A stretch of DNA of 36,463 bases from an uncultured Anaerolineaceae bacterium (GTDB lineage: Bacteria; Chloroflexota; Anaerolineae; Anaerolineales; Anaerolineaceae). Position numbers and translations under genes: made by a program. Shown here in pieces: positions 24,590 through 34,128 of this stretch. The DNA lies in assembly GCA_964647425.1 (NCBI GenBank), contig CAZYIJ010000003.1:1-36463 (forward strand). Reading direction: 5' to 3'. Below the pieces are notes generated by a model. That model had not been told where the DNA came from. It did not search any database and worked only from the letters and a program-made list of their open reading frames with translations. Numbering within the stretch: the first letter of the stretch is position 1; the number at the start of each line of letters is the position of its first letter.

Positions 24590-25963
24590 ATGCAAAAATC
24601 CGTAGTTGTCCTGGTCGGAAGACCAAATGTTGGTAAGAGCACGCTTTTCAATCGCTTGGTAGGACAGCGATTAGCAATCGTTGACGATGTACCAGGTACC
24701 ACCCGCGACCGGCTTGTCGCTGAAGGTGACTGGGCCGGGCATGACTTTTTTGTCGTGGATACCGGGGGCATTGACCCCAGCAAACAGCATTCCCAGAATC
24801 CTTTGTCTATTGGCTCGGCTGATTTTATCCAGGATATTCGCGAACAAGCCGAGATTGCCATGGAAGAAGCGAATGTGATTCTTTTGGTCACCGACGCTTT
24901 GGATGGCGTCACACAAGCTGATCGAGAGGTCGTTGATATTTTGCGAAAACGTCGTAAATTGGGGGAACAAAAAATGCCGCCGATCCTGCTGGTTGTGAAT
25001 AAGGCTGACAGCCCCAATGCAAGGTTAAATGCCATGGATTTCTATTCGCTTGGTTTGGGAGAGCCTTACCCAATTTCTGCCATACACGGCACGGGAACCG
25101 GAGATCTCCTGGATGCGGTAGTGGAACTCTTTCCAACCCGGGTTGAAGACGAAGAAGAGGACGACAGCATTAAGGTGGCAATTGTCGGTAAGCCCAATGC
25201 GGGTAAAAGTAGCCTGCTTAATAAGATCACAGGACAACCGCGTTCAATTGTCAGCAATATTCCTGGCACCACGCGCGATGCCATCGACTCCAAGATGATT
25301 TTTGATGGGCATGAATTTACCCTCATCGACACTGCTGGAATCCGCAAGCGAGGCTCCGTAATTCCAGGTGTGGAAAAGTATTCTGTTTTGCGTGCAATGC
25401 AGGCAATTGAACGCTGTGATGTTGCAGTTTTGGTCATTGACGCAGTCAGCGGAATCACCGCGCAGGATACACACATTGCCGGCTACATAAACGAAGCCTG
25501 GAAAAGCGTTATGGTAGTGATCAATAAATGGGATTTAATTGAGAAAGATCAGGACACTGCCGCCGCATTTGAAAAAAATCTGCGCCGGGAGTTGAACTTC
25601 TTGCCATACGTACCTGTGATGTTTATCTCAGCCGCCACTGGTCAACGAGTTCACCAGGTTTTACCGTTGGTCTACGAAATTCAGCAAGAACGTTTACGAA
25701 AGATTTCTACTGCCCAATTGAACAAGGTCTTGGTAAACGCTCAGGACAAACATCAATCACCATCTGGAACTGGCAAACCGTTCCGAATTTATTATGGCAC
25801 TCAAGTCAACACCGCGCCGCCAACCTTCTTGCTCTACTGTAACGATCCCAGTCTGTCGCATTTCACTTACTCGCGCTTTCTCGAAAACCAAATCAGAGAG
25901 GTTTTCCCATTCAAGGGTACCCCAATCAAATTAATTCTAAAGAAACGTGAAAGGCGGGAGTAG
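24590..25963 (+). CDS. der: Ribosome-biogenesis GTPase Der (EngA), double GTPase domain plus KH-like C-terminus
   Basis: G-domain 1: GRPNVGKSTLFNRL, DTGG, NKAD. G-domain 2: GKPNAGKSSLLN, DTAG, NKWD. Confidence 0.95.
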   Translation: MQKSVVVLVGRPNVGKSTLFNRLVGQRLAIVDDVPGTTRDRLVAEGDWAGHDFFVVDTGGIDPSKQHSQNPLSIGSADFIQDIREQAEIAMEEANVILLVTDALDGVTQADREVVDILRKRRKLGEQKMPPILLVVNKADSPNARLNAMDFYSLGLGEPYPISAIHGTGTGDLLDAVVELFPTRVEDEEEDDSIKVAIVGKPNAGKSSLLNKITGQPRSIVSNIPGTTRDAIDSKMIFDGHEFTLIDTAGIRKRGSVIPGVEKYSVLRAMQAIERCDVAVLVIDAVSGITAQDTHIAGYINEAWKSVMVVINKWDLIEKDQDTAAAFEKNLRRELNFLPYVPVMFISAATGQRVHQVLPLVYEIQQERLRKISTAQLNKVLVNAQDKHQSPSGTGKPFRIYYGTQVNTAPPTFLLYCNDPSLSHFTYSRFLENQIREVFPFKGTPIKLILKKRERRE

Positions 25964-25979
25964 TATCTTCTGCCAGGCT

Positions 25980-25988
25980 TGGTATAAT
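25980..25988 (+). promoter_or_regulatory. Candidate extended -10 promoter element (TGGTATAAT) upstream of lepB
   Basis: Read directly, 17 nt after the der stop and about 35 nt upstream of the lepB ATG. There is no good -35, which is compatible with the extended -10 class. Confidence 0.35.
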
Positions 25989-26022
25989 AGCTAAACGCGT
26001 CAAATTGACCGCATGGACAAAA

Positions 26023-26655
26023 ATGGAACAAAACAAAAATACATACGAAAATTTTGAATCGGAAGACACAACGGAAATAAAGCTAAATTCCGCTCCTCCT
26101 GCAGAAGTAACTTCAAAAAAATCCAAGGGCTTCTGGCGTGATTTGTTTGAAACCCTTCTGATGGCTTTGGTGCTTTTTTTTATCCTGAATGCCGTTACAT
26201 CCCGCGTTAGGGTTTTTAATGTCAGCATGCAACCTACCTTAAAACAAGGCTACCTGTTATTGGTAAACAAAATGGCCTATAAACTGGGCGACCCGAAATA
26301 TGGCGATGTCGTTGTCTTTCATTACAATGGGGATACACAGGAAGATTATATTAAGCGCGTGATCGGTTTGCCTGGAGATCAAGTGGATATCTCCGGAGGT
26401 GTAGTGCGTGTGAATGGCAATGCTCTCACTGAACCATACATCATGGAAGTCCCTAACTACTCCGGTAGTTGGAGTGTTCCCGCCGGACAGCTTTTTGTAC
26501 TCGGTGATAACCGAAACCACTCCTCCGATTCTCACCAATGGGGCTTTGTGCAGAAGAGTTGGTTGGTGGGCAAGGCTTTGTTTATTTATTACCCCTTTGA
26601 TGCGATAGGCTCACTTAGCGTAGAAGGCTTAGTGCGGGCAGCGCCCGCGCAATAA
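26023..26655 (+). CDS. lepB: Signal peptidase I
   Basis: First ATG at 26023 (the track start 26005 is a TTG). TM anchor, catalytic Ser box VSMQPTL, Lys box YIKRVIGLPGD, and box E GDNRNHSSDS. Confidence 0.9.
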   Translation: MEQNKNTYENFESEDTTEIKLNSAPPAEVTSKKSKGFWRDLFETLLMALVLFFILNAVTSRVRVFNVSMQPTLKQGYLLLVNKMAYKLGDPKYGDVVVFHYNGDTQEDYIKRVIGLPGDQVDISGGVVRVNGNALTEPYIMEVPNYSGSWSVPAGQLFVLGDNRNHSSDSHQWGFVQKSWLVGKALFIYYPFDAIGSLSVEGLVRAAPAQ

Positions 26656-26756
26656 TTTGATTACCTCAAAGTAACTCTTAAAGGCGGGGGTTGGTCATCT
26701 CGATGGTGATTTTGTCACGAGATTGTAAGAGTTTCGTCAAACATTAGAAAATCTCG

Positions 26757-26785
26757 TTGACTTTGATAGCCTGAGATGCTATTAT
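26757..26785 (+). promoter_or_regulatory. Candidate sigma-70-type promoter for the PIN/TRAM gene
   Basis: TTGACT (26757-26762), a 17-nt spacer, TATTAT (26780-26785). Located about 55 nt upstream of the ATG at 26840, which carries a strong SD (TAGGAGG). Confidence 0.4.
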
Positions 26786-26839
26786 TTTATTTGAAATAAT
26801 TATATTTTTTTTCAGCACATTAAAATAGGAGGTTTTCAT

Positions 26840-27916
26840 ATGAATGCGGTATTCATATCTCGCATTGTCGGCGCTATCATACTTGGAGTTGCTGGTGCAT
26901 TCACCGGTTCACCAATTTATGCGTTTGTTTCTGGCTTTATTCCTAATTTATCTCTTACTCAAGGTGCCACAATTGCGATCAATTCAATAATTTTTGCACT
27001 ACTTGGCTTTTTAATCACGCCTTATATCACCATTAAGCCGTTACAAGGTCTGGCAAAGCTATTTAAAAAAGCAACCCCGCAGATATTGATCAGCGGTTTA
27101 CTCGGCTTGATGATCGGTTTGATCACAGCTGCGATCATGGCTTATCCGTTGAGTCTGCTTCCAAGTCCCTTGGGGCAAATCCTGCCTTTTGTGGGATTGA
27201 TTCTCTTTGGATACCTGGGAGTGGTGTTGTTTGTGACCCGCCAGGAAGATTTTATGGCTCTGTTCAGAGGCATCAGCACAAAAACCACCAAGGTTAGCAA
27301 AGGCTCAAACGATAATGAGCGCAGAATTCTGGTTGATACCAGCGCGATCATTGACGGTCGCATTGCAGATATTGCCAAGACTGGTTTTTTGGGGGGCAGC
27401 CTGATTGTCCCACGTTTTGTTTTGAACGAGCTCCAGTTTGTTTCTGATTCCGCCGACAGTTTACGCCGGCAGCGTGGAAGACGCGGCTTGGAAGTATTGT
27501 CAGAACTGCAGGAAGGCAACGATGTGCCTGTGATCATCAGTGATGTCGATGTGGAAGGCGTGCGTGAGGTAGACGAGCGCCTGACGGTATTGGCGCAACA
27601 ACTGAACTGTCCCATTTTGACCAATGATTACAACCTTAACAGAGTCGCAGAATTGCAGGGCATAGAGATCCTGAATATTAATGATTTGGCTAATGCAGTC
27701 AAAGTCGTTTTGCTTCCTGGTGAAGAATTCTTGATTGAAGTCATCCAGGAAGGAAAAGAATATCAGCAAGGTGTCGGCTACCTTGATGATGGCACGATGG
27801 TAGTCATTGAAAACGGACAGCGTTACCTGAAAAAGACCGTTGGTGTTACTGTTACCAAAATTCTGCAAACCTCTGCTGGCCGGATGATTTTTGCAAAACC
27901 GATTTCGGAACATTAG
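26840..27916 (+). CDS. yacL: Membrane-anchored PIN/TRAM-domain protein (YacL type)
   Basis: Four N-terminal TM helices, a PIN domain (RILVDTSAIIDGRI...LTNDYNLNRVAELQGI) and a C-terminal TRAM-like beta domain (GEEFLIEVIQEGKEYQQGVGYLDDGTMVVIENG...VTVTKILQTSAGRMIFAK). Confidence 0.85.
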   Translation: MNAVFISRIVGAIILGVAGAFTGSPIYAFVSGFIPNLSLTQGATIAINSIIFALLGFLITPYITIKPLQGLAKLFKKATPQILISGLLGLMIGLITAAIMAYPLSLLPSPLGQILPFVGLILFGYLGVVLFVTRQEDFMALFRGISTKTTKVSKGSNDNERRILVDTSAIIDGRIADIAKTGFLGGSLIVPRFVLNELQFVSDSADSLRRQRGRRGLEVLSELQEGNDVPVIISDVDVEGVREVDERLTVLAQQLNCPILTNDYNLNRVAELQGIEILNINDLANAVKVVLLPGEEFLIEVIQEGKEYQQGVGYLDDGTMVVIENGQRYLKKTVGVTVTKILQTSAGRMIFAKPISEH

Positions 27917-27925
27917 GAGCCGCTG

Positions 27926-29329
27926 ATGGCACTCAGAATCTACAACACGCTTAGTCGCACAAAAGAAGATTTTTCAACTATCGAACCCGGAAAAGTGCGC
28001 ATGTACGTATGCGGACCCACTGTGTATGCTGAGGCTCACATTGGACATGCCATGTCTGCCCTGGTCTTTGATATCGCCCGACGCTACCTGGAATACAAAG
28101 GCTATGAAGTTCGTTATGTCATGAATTTCACGGACGTGGATGACAAAATTATCAACAAAGCCAACGATTTAGGTGTAGACCCGTTTGGACTTGCCCAACA
28201 ATATATCGATGGTTACAAACGCAACCTGAAAGCGCTCAATATCAAGCCTGCAACAGTTAATCCGCGGGCAACAGAGGATATGCCACAAATCATACAGATG
28301 ATCGAGCAGCTCATTCAAAACGAGTCTGCTTATGTTGTAGACGGAGACGTTTACTATAGTGTTGACAGCGATGACGATTATGGAAAACTCAGCGGTCGCT
28401 CACTGGAAACCATGAATGCCGGTTCCCGCATCCAGGTGGATAACCGCAAGGAACATCCAATGGATTTTGCGCTCTGGAAAGCGGCCAAACCAGGCGAACC
28501 TGCCTGGGAAAGCCCATGGGGTCCCGGTCGTCCCGGCTGGCACATTGAGTGCTCGGCTATGAACATGGTTCACTTAGGTGAACAGATCGATATTCACGGG
28601 GGAGGGAACGATCTGATTTTTCCCCATCACGAAAATGAGATTGCGCAAACCGAATCGATTACAGGCAAAACATTTGCCCGCTATTGGATGCACAACGGCA
28701 TGATGGGTCTGAAAGATGAGAAAATGTCCAAATCCGTCGGAAACATGATCACGATCGATCAATTTCTCCGCGACCATCCGGGAGACGTGATGCGCCTGTG
28801 GGTGTTAAACGGCTCTTATCGCAGCCCCCTCACTTATAACGAGTCGGTAGTTGAGCAAACCACGCAAGCGTACAAACGTCTCCTTAGCGCAAAGAAAGAG
28901 GCTTTACCTGGCGTGCTGGGTCTATCTGAAAGCGAACAGCAAAAGCTGGAAGAAGCTGCCGAACATGCCCGTCAGGCTTTTATTGAAGCCATGGACGATG
29001 ATTTCAACACAGCCTTAGCAATGGCGGCGATTCACGAACTGGTCAAAGTGATCAATCAGGCACGAGCCGATGGCGCAAACACCGCTCAGCTGGAGCGTGT
29101 ACAGTCAGTTTTCAACGAATTGACAGGCACATTAGGCTTGGTTTTATCCGAAGAAAGTACCCAGGCAAGCTCCGCAGATGCTTTCATTGACTTATTGGTT
29201 GCGGTGCGATGGGATTTGCGCGCTGAGAAGAATTGGAAGATGTCAGATAAGATCCGTGATGAATTGAAAGCTTTGGGCGTGATCCTGGAAGACAGCAAAG
29301 ATGGAACAACCTGGAGTTGGGAAAACTAA
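27926..29329 (+). CDS. cysS: Cysteine--tRNA ligase
   Basis: MYVCGPTVYAEAHIGHAMS (HIGH motif), KMSKS, GWHIECSAM and HGGGNDLIFPHHENEIAQ. Confidence 0.95.
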   Translation: MALRIYNTLSRTKEDFSTIEPGKVRMYVCGPTVYAEAHIGHAMSALVFDIARRYLEYKGYEVRYVMNFTDVDDKIINKANDLGVDPFGLAQQYIDGYKRNLKALNIKPATVNPRATEDMPQIIQMIEQLIQNESAYVVDGDVYYSVDSDDDYGKLSGRSLETMNAGSRIQVDNRKEHPMDFALWKAAKPGEPAWESPWGPGRPGWHIECSAMNMVHLGEQIDIHGGGNDLIFPHHENEIAQTESITGKTFARYWMHNGMMGLKDEKMSKSVGNMITIDQFLRDHPGDVMRLWVLNGSYRSPLTYNESVVEQTTQAYKRLLSAKKEALPGVLGLSESEQQKLEEAAEHARQAFIEAMDDDFNTALAMAAIHELVKVINQARADGANTAQLERVQSVFNELTGTLGLVLSEESTQASSADAFIDLLVAVRWDLRAEKNWKMSDKIRDELKALGVILEDSKDGTTWSWEN

Positions 29330-30060
29330 TGAAAGAATGGCTCACTGGTCGTAATCCGGTTTATGAATCCTTGCGCGTCAAGCGTCGTCATTTTTTTGCT
29401 TTGCTCGTTCAACAGGACCTTCGTATTGAAGGCAGATTGAAAGATTCTGTCGATTTAGCCCGGGAGCAAAAAATTCCTATGCGCATGGCAAACAAGCAGC
29501 AGTTATTTCAGATCGACCGTCACCACCAGGGTGTTGCGTTGGAAGTCAGCGGATACCCATATGCAGCACTGGAAGACCTCATCGCCCATTCAAAGGCCAA
29601 AGAAGAACCACCTTTTTTCCTCCTGCTCGATCTGATCCAGGACCCGCAAAACCTGGGTTCTCTGCTGAGAACCGCGGAATTGATGCAGGTACATGGCGTC
29701 ATAATCCCTTCCTCTCAAGCTGCCCAGGTAACACCAGCAGTTGTCAACGCTTCCTCAGGTGCTACTGAACATCTGTTAATTGCCCAATACAACCTGGTCC
29801 AGGCAATCGAAAGGTTGAAAGAACTGGATTTGTGGGTTTATGGGCTGGACGCAAATGAGAAGGCAAAAACCCCTGAAAAGTTAGTAATGAAAGGCGGAGT
29901 AGCCTTGGTTGTGGGTAATGAAGGGGAAGGTTTGCGTAGTTTGGTTCGAAAGAATTGCGATGAAATAATGCGGCTGCCGCAATATGGGCAGATCGATTCG
30001 CTCAACGCCGCTGTTGCTGGCTCAATCGCCCTCTATCTCGCTCGCCAGGCTCGTACCTAA
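29329..30060 (+). CDS. rlmB: SpoU/TrmH-family 23S rRNA 2'-O-ribose (Gm2251-type) methyltransferase
   Basis: The ATG overlaps the cysS stop (TAATG). N-terminal substrate-binding domain (GRNPVYESL), SpoU motifs LLDLIQDPQNLGSLLRTA, ALVVGNEGEGL and IDSLNAAVAGSIALY. Confidence 0.88.
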   Translation: MKEWLTGRNPVYESLRVKRRHFFALLVQQDLRIEGRLKDSVDLAREQKIPMRMANKQQLFQIDRHHQGVALEVSGYPYAALEDLIAHSKAKEEPPFFLLLDLIQDPQNLGSLLRTAELMQVHGVIIPSSQAAQVTPAVVNASSGATEHLLIAQYNLVQAIERLKELDLWVYGLDANEKAKTPEKLVMKGGVALVVGNEGEGLRSLVRKNCDEIMRLPQYGQIDSLNAAVAGSIALYLARQART

Positions 30061-30068
30061 GAATTACT

Positions 30069-30298
30069 GTACGGAACGGACACTGGCCGCCCCTCGTTTG
30101 ACCTTGTACGGAACGGGCACCGACCGTTCCAAACGCCCCCCTCTATCACTGTGTACGGAACGGACACCGTCTAGCCCCTCATTACCTATGTATGAAACGG
30201 ACACCGTCCGTTCCCTTTTTGATTATGTACGGAACGGACACCGGCCGTTCCAAATGCCCCCTTCCACCGCTGCGAACGGACCGGACACTGGCCGGTCC
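30069..30298 (+). repeat. Array of six REP-like (repetitive extragenic palindrome) elements in direct orientation
   Basis: Heads at 30069, 30106, 30153, 30190, 30227 and 30272. Consensus GTACGGAACGGACAC(C/T)GGCCGTTCC, often followed by AAAyGCCCCC. The hairpin is GGAACGG...CCGTTCC. Copies 1 and 3 lack the 3' arm. Copy 6 carries a compensatory A:T to C:G change (GGACCGG...CCGGTCC). Confidence 0.85.
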
Positions 30299-30381
30299 TG
30301 ACTATGTTGGAAAAAATGTAAATGTGACGCTTTGCTAATCTGGATTGCCCTTTTCTTTGAATTTATTAAAATTACCTAATC

Positions 30382-30849
30382 ATGCACAACCGGAAACTAC
30401 CCAGACTTCAAAACTTTGACTATTCATCAGCAAGAATCTACTTTGTGACAATTAATTGTCATGATAACTTACATCTTTTAGGGGAAATCGAACAAGAAGG
30501 TGAAGAGAACATATTCAAACCTTCGACCATCGGGGCTATAGCTGCAATGAGTATAGATGAAATCCCAAGTTACTATCCGGGGGTCGAGATACTGGATTAT
30601 GTGATCATGCCTAACCATATTCATATCCTCATCTCCCTTCTGGAATCAGAGGGTTACATCAATCTTTCAAAAATTATTGGGGCACTTAAGTCGATTGTCA
30701 CCAGAAAAACACAGACGAATTATCCCGAAATCAAACTTTGGAAGAAATCCTTCAATGATCACATAATTCGAAACGAGAGGGATTACCTTATTCATGGTGA
30801 GTACGTTAAAGCTAACGTGCAACGATGGAGAAAGGATGAGTATTTCTAA
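30382..30849 (+). CDS. REP-associated tyrosine transposase (RAYT; IS200/IS605 Y1 HUH superfamily)
   Basis: 155 aa. YDYSSARIYFVTINCHD N-terminus, HUH motif MPNHIHILI, and a C-terminal FNDHIIRNERDYLIHGEYVKANVQRW block (the catalytic-Tyr helix of the YIxxNP type). It is flanked by REP copies in inverted orientation and is AT-richer than its neighbours. Confidence 0.85.
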   Translation: MHNRKLPRLQNFDYSSARIYFVTINCHDNLHLLGEIEQEGEENIFKPSTIGAIAAMSIDEIPSYYPGVEILDYVIMPNHIHILISLLESEGYINLSKIIGALKSIVTRKTQTNYPEIKLWKKSFNDHIIRNERDYLIHGEYVKANVQRWRKDEYF

Positions 30850-30862
30850 GCTTTGTTCCAAT

Positions 30863-30900
30863 GGGGGAAATGCTGGGAACGGCCAGTGTCCGTTCCGTAC
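30863..30900 (-). repeat. Seventh REP copy, inverted relative to the upstream array
   Basis: The reverse complement reads GTACGGAACGGACACTGGCCGTTCCCAGCATTTCCCCC. On the + strand a T7 run begins 5 nt downstream, so the element may also help terminate the RAYT transcript. Confidence 0.8.
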
Positions 30901-30998
30901 AGAGGTTTTTTTGCTAGATACGGTATAAATTCCGAGTATATGCCAGCCCTGTTAGCAAAGTTGATAGGGCTTCCTATGAGTTACCTGACCAAGAATGC

Positions 30999-31532
30999 CT
31001 ACAACACCACAACCATAAACACCCACAAACCGATCATCACCAGGCATAAGAAAAAGCGGATGATCGCAGCGCTGCCGTAGCCAAACGCCAAAGCCTTGGT
31101 GCTTTCCCAAGCTTTTTTTGTGTCCTTTTCAAGTCGTCGGTATTCCATCAGGTAAAGCGTTCCAAGAGACAAAGCCAATCCCCCTATGGGTGTCAGCAAT
31201 GTTCCCGCAATGATCATCACGACCATTGTGACCCCGATTTCCCACCAGGGCACGCCTTTTTTTCGTGAGCCTGATGCCCCAAGGATATTATCCAGCAGAG
31301 AGCCAACGATCATGATCAGCGTGTTCAGGACAAAGATCCCGATTGTAAGTCCAAATTGCCAGCTTTCGTGGCTTTTGTTAAAACCTACGAAAATTACCCA
31401 AATCAATTGCCCCAACCAGGCAACTGTCAGTCCAGGAAAGAACACCAGAAACAGACCAACCAATCCAACCAGGTTCAGAAGTCCACTGATTACCAGGATG
31501 AGGTAATACAGCCAAACTGGGTTAATGCTCAT
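30999..31532 (-). CDS. DUF456-family small membrane protein
   Basis: Four hydrophobic helices. The N-terminal pattern [24 protein letters not shown] resembles DUF456 proteins (family recalled from memory). Its ATG overlaps the serS stop (ATGA). Confidence 0.65.
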   Translation of the reverse strand: MSINPVWLYYLILVISGLLNLVGLVGLFLVFFPGLTVAWLGQLIWVIFVGFNKSHESWQFGLTIGIFVLNTLIMIVGSLLDNILGASGSRKKGVPWWEIGVTMVVMIIAGTLLTPIGGLALSLGTLYLMEYRRLEKDTKKAWESTKALAFGYGSAAIIRFFLCLVMIGLWVFMVVVL

Positions 31533-32800
31533 TTACGAATCACCTCAAGCCCGCCCATGAGCGGTTTCAAAACTTCAGGGACAACAATACTTCCATCCGC
31601 CTGCTGGTAATTTTCCATTACCGCAATCATCGTTCTTGGCATTCCCAAGCCGGAACCATTGAGGGTGTTAACAAATAGAGGAGCAGAACCATCGGCTGGT
31701 CGGTATTTGATATTGGCGCGCCGCGCCTGGAACTGACCGATATTTGAAATTGAGGACACTTCCAGCCATTCCTGGCAACCCGGAGCCCAAACCTCAACAT
31801 CATATGTTTTATGAGATCCAAAGCCTAAATCCCCGGTGGACTGCAACAATACCCGATAAGTAAGCCCTAATTGCTCGCAAGTAGCGCAGGCATCGGCAAC
31901 CATGTTATCCAATTCCTGGGCAGCGTTCTCAGGCAGACAGTATTTGTACATTTCGACTTTGTCAAATTGGTGTCCCCGTTTCATCCCTCTCACATCCCTG
32001 CCAGCGCTCATTTTTTCCCGTCGGAAACAGGCAGTATAAGCTGTCAGATTGAGCGGCAATTCAGCTTCATCCAAAACCTCACCCATCATGATGCCAGTCA
32101 GAGGCACTTCGGCAGTCGGAACCCACCAGAAGTCCTCCAGGTGGTCGTGATACAGATTTTCAGCAAATTTCGGCAGTTGCCCGGATGCAAACATGATTTC
32201 TTCACGTACCATCCAGGGTGGGTAGAACTCTTTGTATCCCTGTCGGATGTGCAAGTCCAACATCCAAAAGATCAAAGCCCGCTGTAAACGTGCGCCAGCT
32301 CCCTCCAAAACGTAGAAACGACTTCCGGACAATTTCACACCGGCTTCAAAATCAAGAATCCCTAATTCAGGTCCAAGTTCCCAATGAGGTTTTGGCTCAA
32401 AATCGAAGTCTCTTTTCTCACCTACTGTCCGGATGACAACGTTGTCTTTGTCATCAATGCCAATAGGCACATCCTGGTCCGGTATGTTGGGGATTGTAGC
32501 TAATTGGTTGTACAAAAGGGATTCAACCCCCTTCAACTCTTCATCCAGTAAATTTATGTCATCGCCAAGGGTCCGCATGGAGGAAATTTTAGCCTCGCGC
32601 TCTTCTTTCTCTTTCATGCGACCAATCTCCTTTGAGGCCGCATTACGTTCCGCTTTTTTACTTTCTACATCCAATATCAACGCCCGTCGTTTTTCATCGA
32701 GCGCAACGATTTCATCGATGATGTCTGTTTCCATCTGTCTCTTGCTCAAGGACTCTTTGACCAGCTCGGTCTGTTCGCGAATCAATTTGATATCTAACAT
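31529..32800 (-). CDS. serS: Serine--tRNA ligase
   Basis: [14 protein letters not shown]... N-terminal coiled-coil arm. Class II core ([63 protein letters not shown]). Confidence 0.95.
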   Translation of the reverse strand: MLDIKLIREQTELVKESLSKRQMETDIIDEIVALDEKRRALILDVESKKAERNAASKEIGRMKEKEEREAKISSMRTLGDDINLLDEELKGVESLLYNQLATIPNIPDQDVPIGIDDKDNVVIRTVGEKRDFDFEPKPHWELGPELGILDFEAGVKLSGSRFYVLEGAGARLQRALIFWMLDLHIRQGYKEFYPPWMVREEIMFASGQLPKFAENLYHDHLEDFWWVPTAEVPLTGIMMGEVLDEAELPLNLTAYTACFRREKMSAGRDVRGMKRGHQFDKVEMYKYCLPENAAQELDNMVADACATCEQLGLTYRVLLQSTGDLGFGSHKTYDVEVWAPGCQEWLEVSSISNIGQFQARRANIKYRPADGSAPLFVNTLNGSGLGMPRTMIAVMENYQQADGSIVVPEVLKPLMGGLEVIRK

Positions 32801-33032
32801 GCTTACCTCTGAATGACCAGTATTTTTTCTTTATTGTACTCTCAAGGAAAAAATCGGATTGGAATTGCAGAAATCCTGCTCGTCCCACTTCAAACTCATT
32901 ACTTTTTTAATGCTGACAGCAACTTTCATCTAGGTTGGAGAAAGACTTCCTCCAAACGGAAAGAGCCATATATAGCGCACTTCAGATCGCGGTGCGCATG
33001 ATCACTTGCTTGCTCAGGGTTGAAATAGTCTT

Positions 33033-33065
33033 TCAAAACGGTGGAGGCTGGTCGCCTCCACCGTT
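33033..33065 (-). terminator. Rho-independent terminator after the DUF4282 gene
   Basis: The minus strand reads AACGGTGGAGGC-gacca-GCCTCCACCGTT followed by TTGAAA (12-bp stem, short U-tract). It begins 9 nt after the stop at 33075. Confidence 0.6.
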
Positions 33066-33074
33066 TAGTTCTTC

Positions 33075-33374
33075 CTACTGCCCATCAACCATCTTGTTCT
33101 TGATCGCTACCAGGTTTTGGTGAATTTCGAACACAACAATCAGCAATTCTGCGTAGACCCTTGCCAATAGAATGCCCATGACAATCACCAATGGACCACC
33201 AAACAGACCACCAATTGCTGGACCGAGACTGTTTTGTTGGAAGGCAGAGATTATGCCGCCAAAGAGCGCAATAATACCGCCGATAACGGATAGCGCAATG
33301 CCGATATAGAAGAGGATCTTGATGATAACCGGAGTAATCATCTTGTCAAAATTAAGTAGGGAACGGAAATTCAT
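33075..33374 (-). CDS. DUF4282-family small membrane protein
   Basis: FDKMITPVIIKILFYIGIALSVIGGI plus a second TM helix, as in DUF4282 proteins (family recalled from memory). AAAGGAGG SD upstream. Confidence 0.7.
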   Translation of the reverse strand: MNFRSLLNFDKMITPVIIKILFYIGIALSVIGGIIALFGGIISAFQQNSLGPAIGGLFGGPLVIVMGILLARVYAELLIVVFEIHQNLVAIKNKMVDGQ

Positions 33375-33464
33375 AATAACCTCCTTTAATGGTTATGATA
33401 GGACAATTATACAATAGGATTCCAAAGAATTTCGAAATCGTGCCGACCAATTAATGCTGAATTA

Positions 33465-33986
33465 TCACTTTTTAGCAAAGAAATCAGGATAAAGTCGAAG
33501 TTCAAAGAAAAGATCGATCAGGCTCGGGTGATAAGGTAAAAAATCACCAGATGCGATCATGGATTGGATGGTTGCCCTGTCAGCCCACATTACTGATGTT
33601 ACCTCGTCACCCTGTAATTTCAGAGCCTCGAGCTCTGGGTCCAGGTGGATCAGGTAAACATCATCAAAACCGTATTTAAAATTAAATGTGAACGCAGGTC
33701 GAACATTGCTAAAATCAAAAACGATACCCAGTTCTTCCGCCAGTTCTCGCTGCGCCGCCTGCCAGCTGGAATCTCCCTTTTGTGCTGCCCCACCAACACT
33801 GACGTCCCACATTCCCGCCCATAAGCCCTTTTCGATACTGCGCTTTTGGATCAACATTTGACCATCCTGGTTAAAGATGCAGATATGTATAACAAGGTGG
33901 TATCTATCCTCTGGTGGTCTTTGCCCACGTGTGATGGTTTCTCCGGTTGGGATACGATCGCGGTCATAGAGATCAAAAATTTCCAT
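33465..33986 (-). CDS. NUDIX hydrolase
   Basis: Nudix box GGAAQKGDSSWQAAQRELAEELGI (Gx5Ex7REUxEExGU). I use the ATG at 33986 (MEIFDLYDRD..., GAGGA 4 nt upstream) rather than the GTG at 34028 in the track. Confidence 0.88.
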   Translation of the reverse strand: MEIFDLYDRDRIPTGETITRGQRPPEDRYHLVIHICIFNQDGQMLIQKRSIEKGLWAGMWDVSVGGAAQKGDSSWQAAQRELAEELGIVFDFSNVRPAFTFNFKYGFDDVYLIHLDPELEALKLQGDEVTSVMWADRATIQSMIASGDFLPYHPSLIDLFFELRLYPDFFAKK

Positions 33987-34128
33987 TATTCCTCGTTGCT
34001 TAATGATGAATTGCTCCCATTCTATCACCGCCTATTGCGGTGTTTTACAAGTTTGCTTTTTCCACCTAACAAAAAAATGCGGTTGTTAACAGCTTATTAA
34101 AATTCTTAGTGAAAGTGTTTTTTTTACT

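Noticed and set aside
26840-27916. PIN-domain protein as a toxin of a toxin-antitoxin or defence module
   Set aside because: The architecture (4 TM + PIN + TRAM) and the neighbourhood (cysS, rlmB) match the housekeeping YacL type. There is no small upstream antitoxin ORF.
30069-30298. Possible CRISPR array (regularly spaced repeats of ~25 nt with a period of ~37-45 nt)
   Set aside because: The repeats are degenerate and individually palindromic. The spacers are only ~10-20 nt and partly conserved (AAAyGCCCCC). No cas genes are present. An inverted copy and a RAYT transposase flank the array, which fits REP elements rather than CRISPR.
29984-30301. 105-aa ORF on the + strand running through the REP array
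   Set aside because: Its translation is a periodic echo of the DNA repeat (YGTGTDRS / CTERTPSS / YETDTVRS / VRNGHRP). It overlaps the rlmB 3' end and has no SD, so it is an artefact of the repeats.
30853-31080. 75-aa ORF on the + strand after the RAYT gene
   Set aside because: It crosses the inverted REP copy and then runs antisense into the DUF456 gene. It has no SD and no recognisable fold.
32801-33036. T-box riboswitch in the ~235-nt leader of serS
   Set aside because: A K-turn-like pairing (AGCAAGUGA ... GAUGAAAGUUGCU) and a UCC-A triplet are present. However, the intervening sequence folds as a branched structure rather than a single Stem I. No AGAGA bulge or distal-loop motif lies in the right place. 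The best T-box-like string (AAGUGGGACGAGC) matches the AGGGUGGNACCGCG core poorly, and its UGGG would not pair with a G73 tRNA-Ser end. The only terminator-like hairpin is weak. A covariance-model scan (Rfam RF00230) would settle it.
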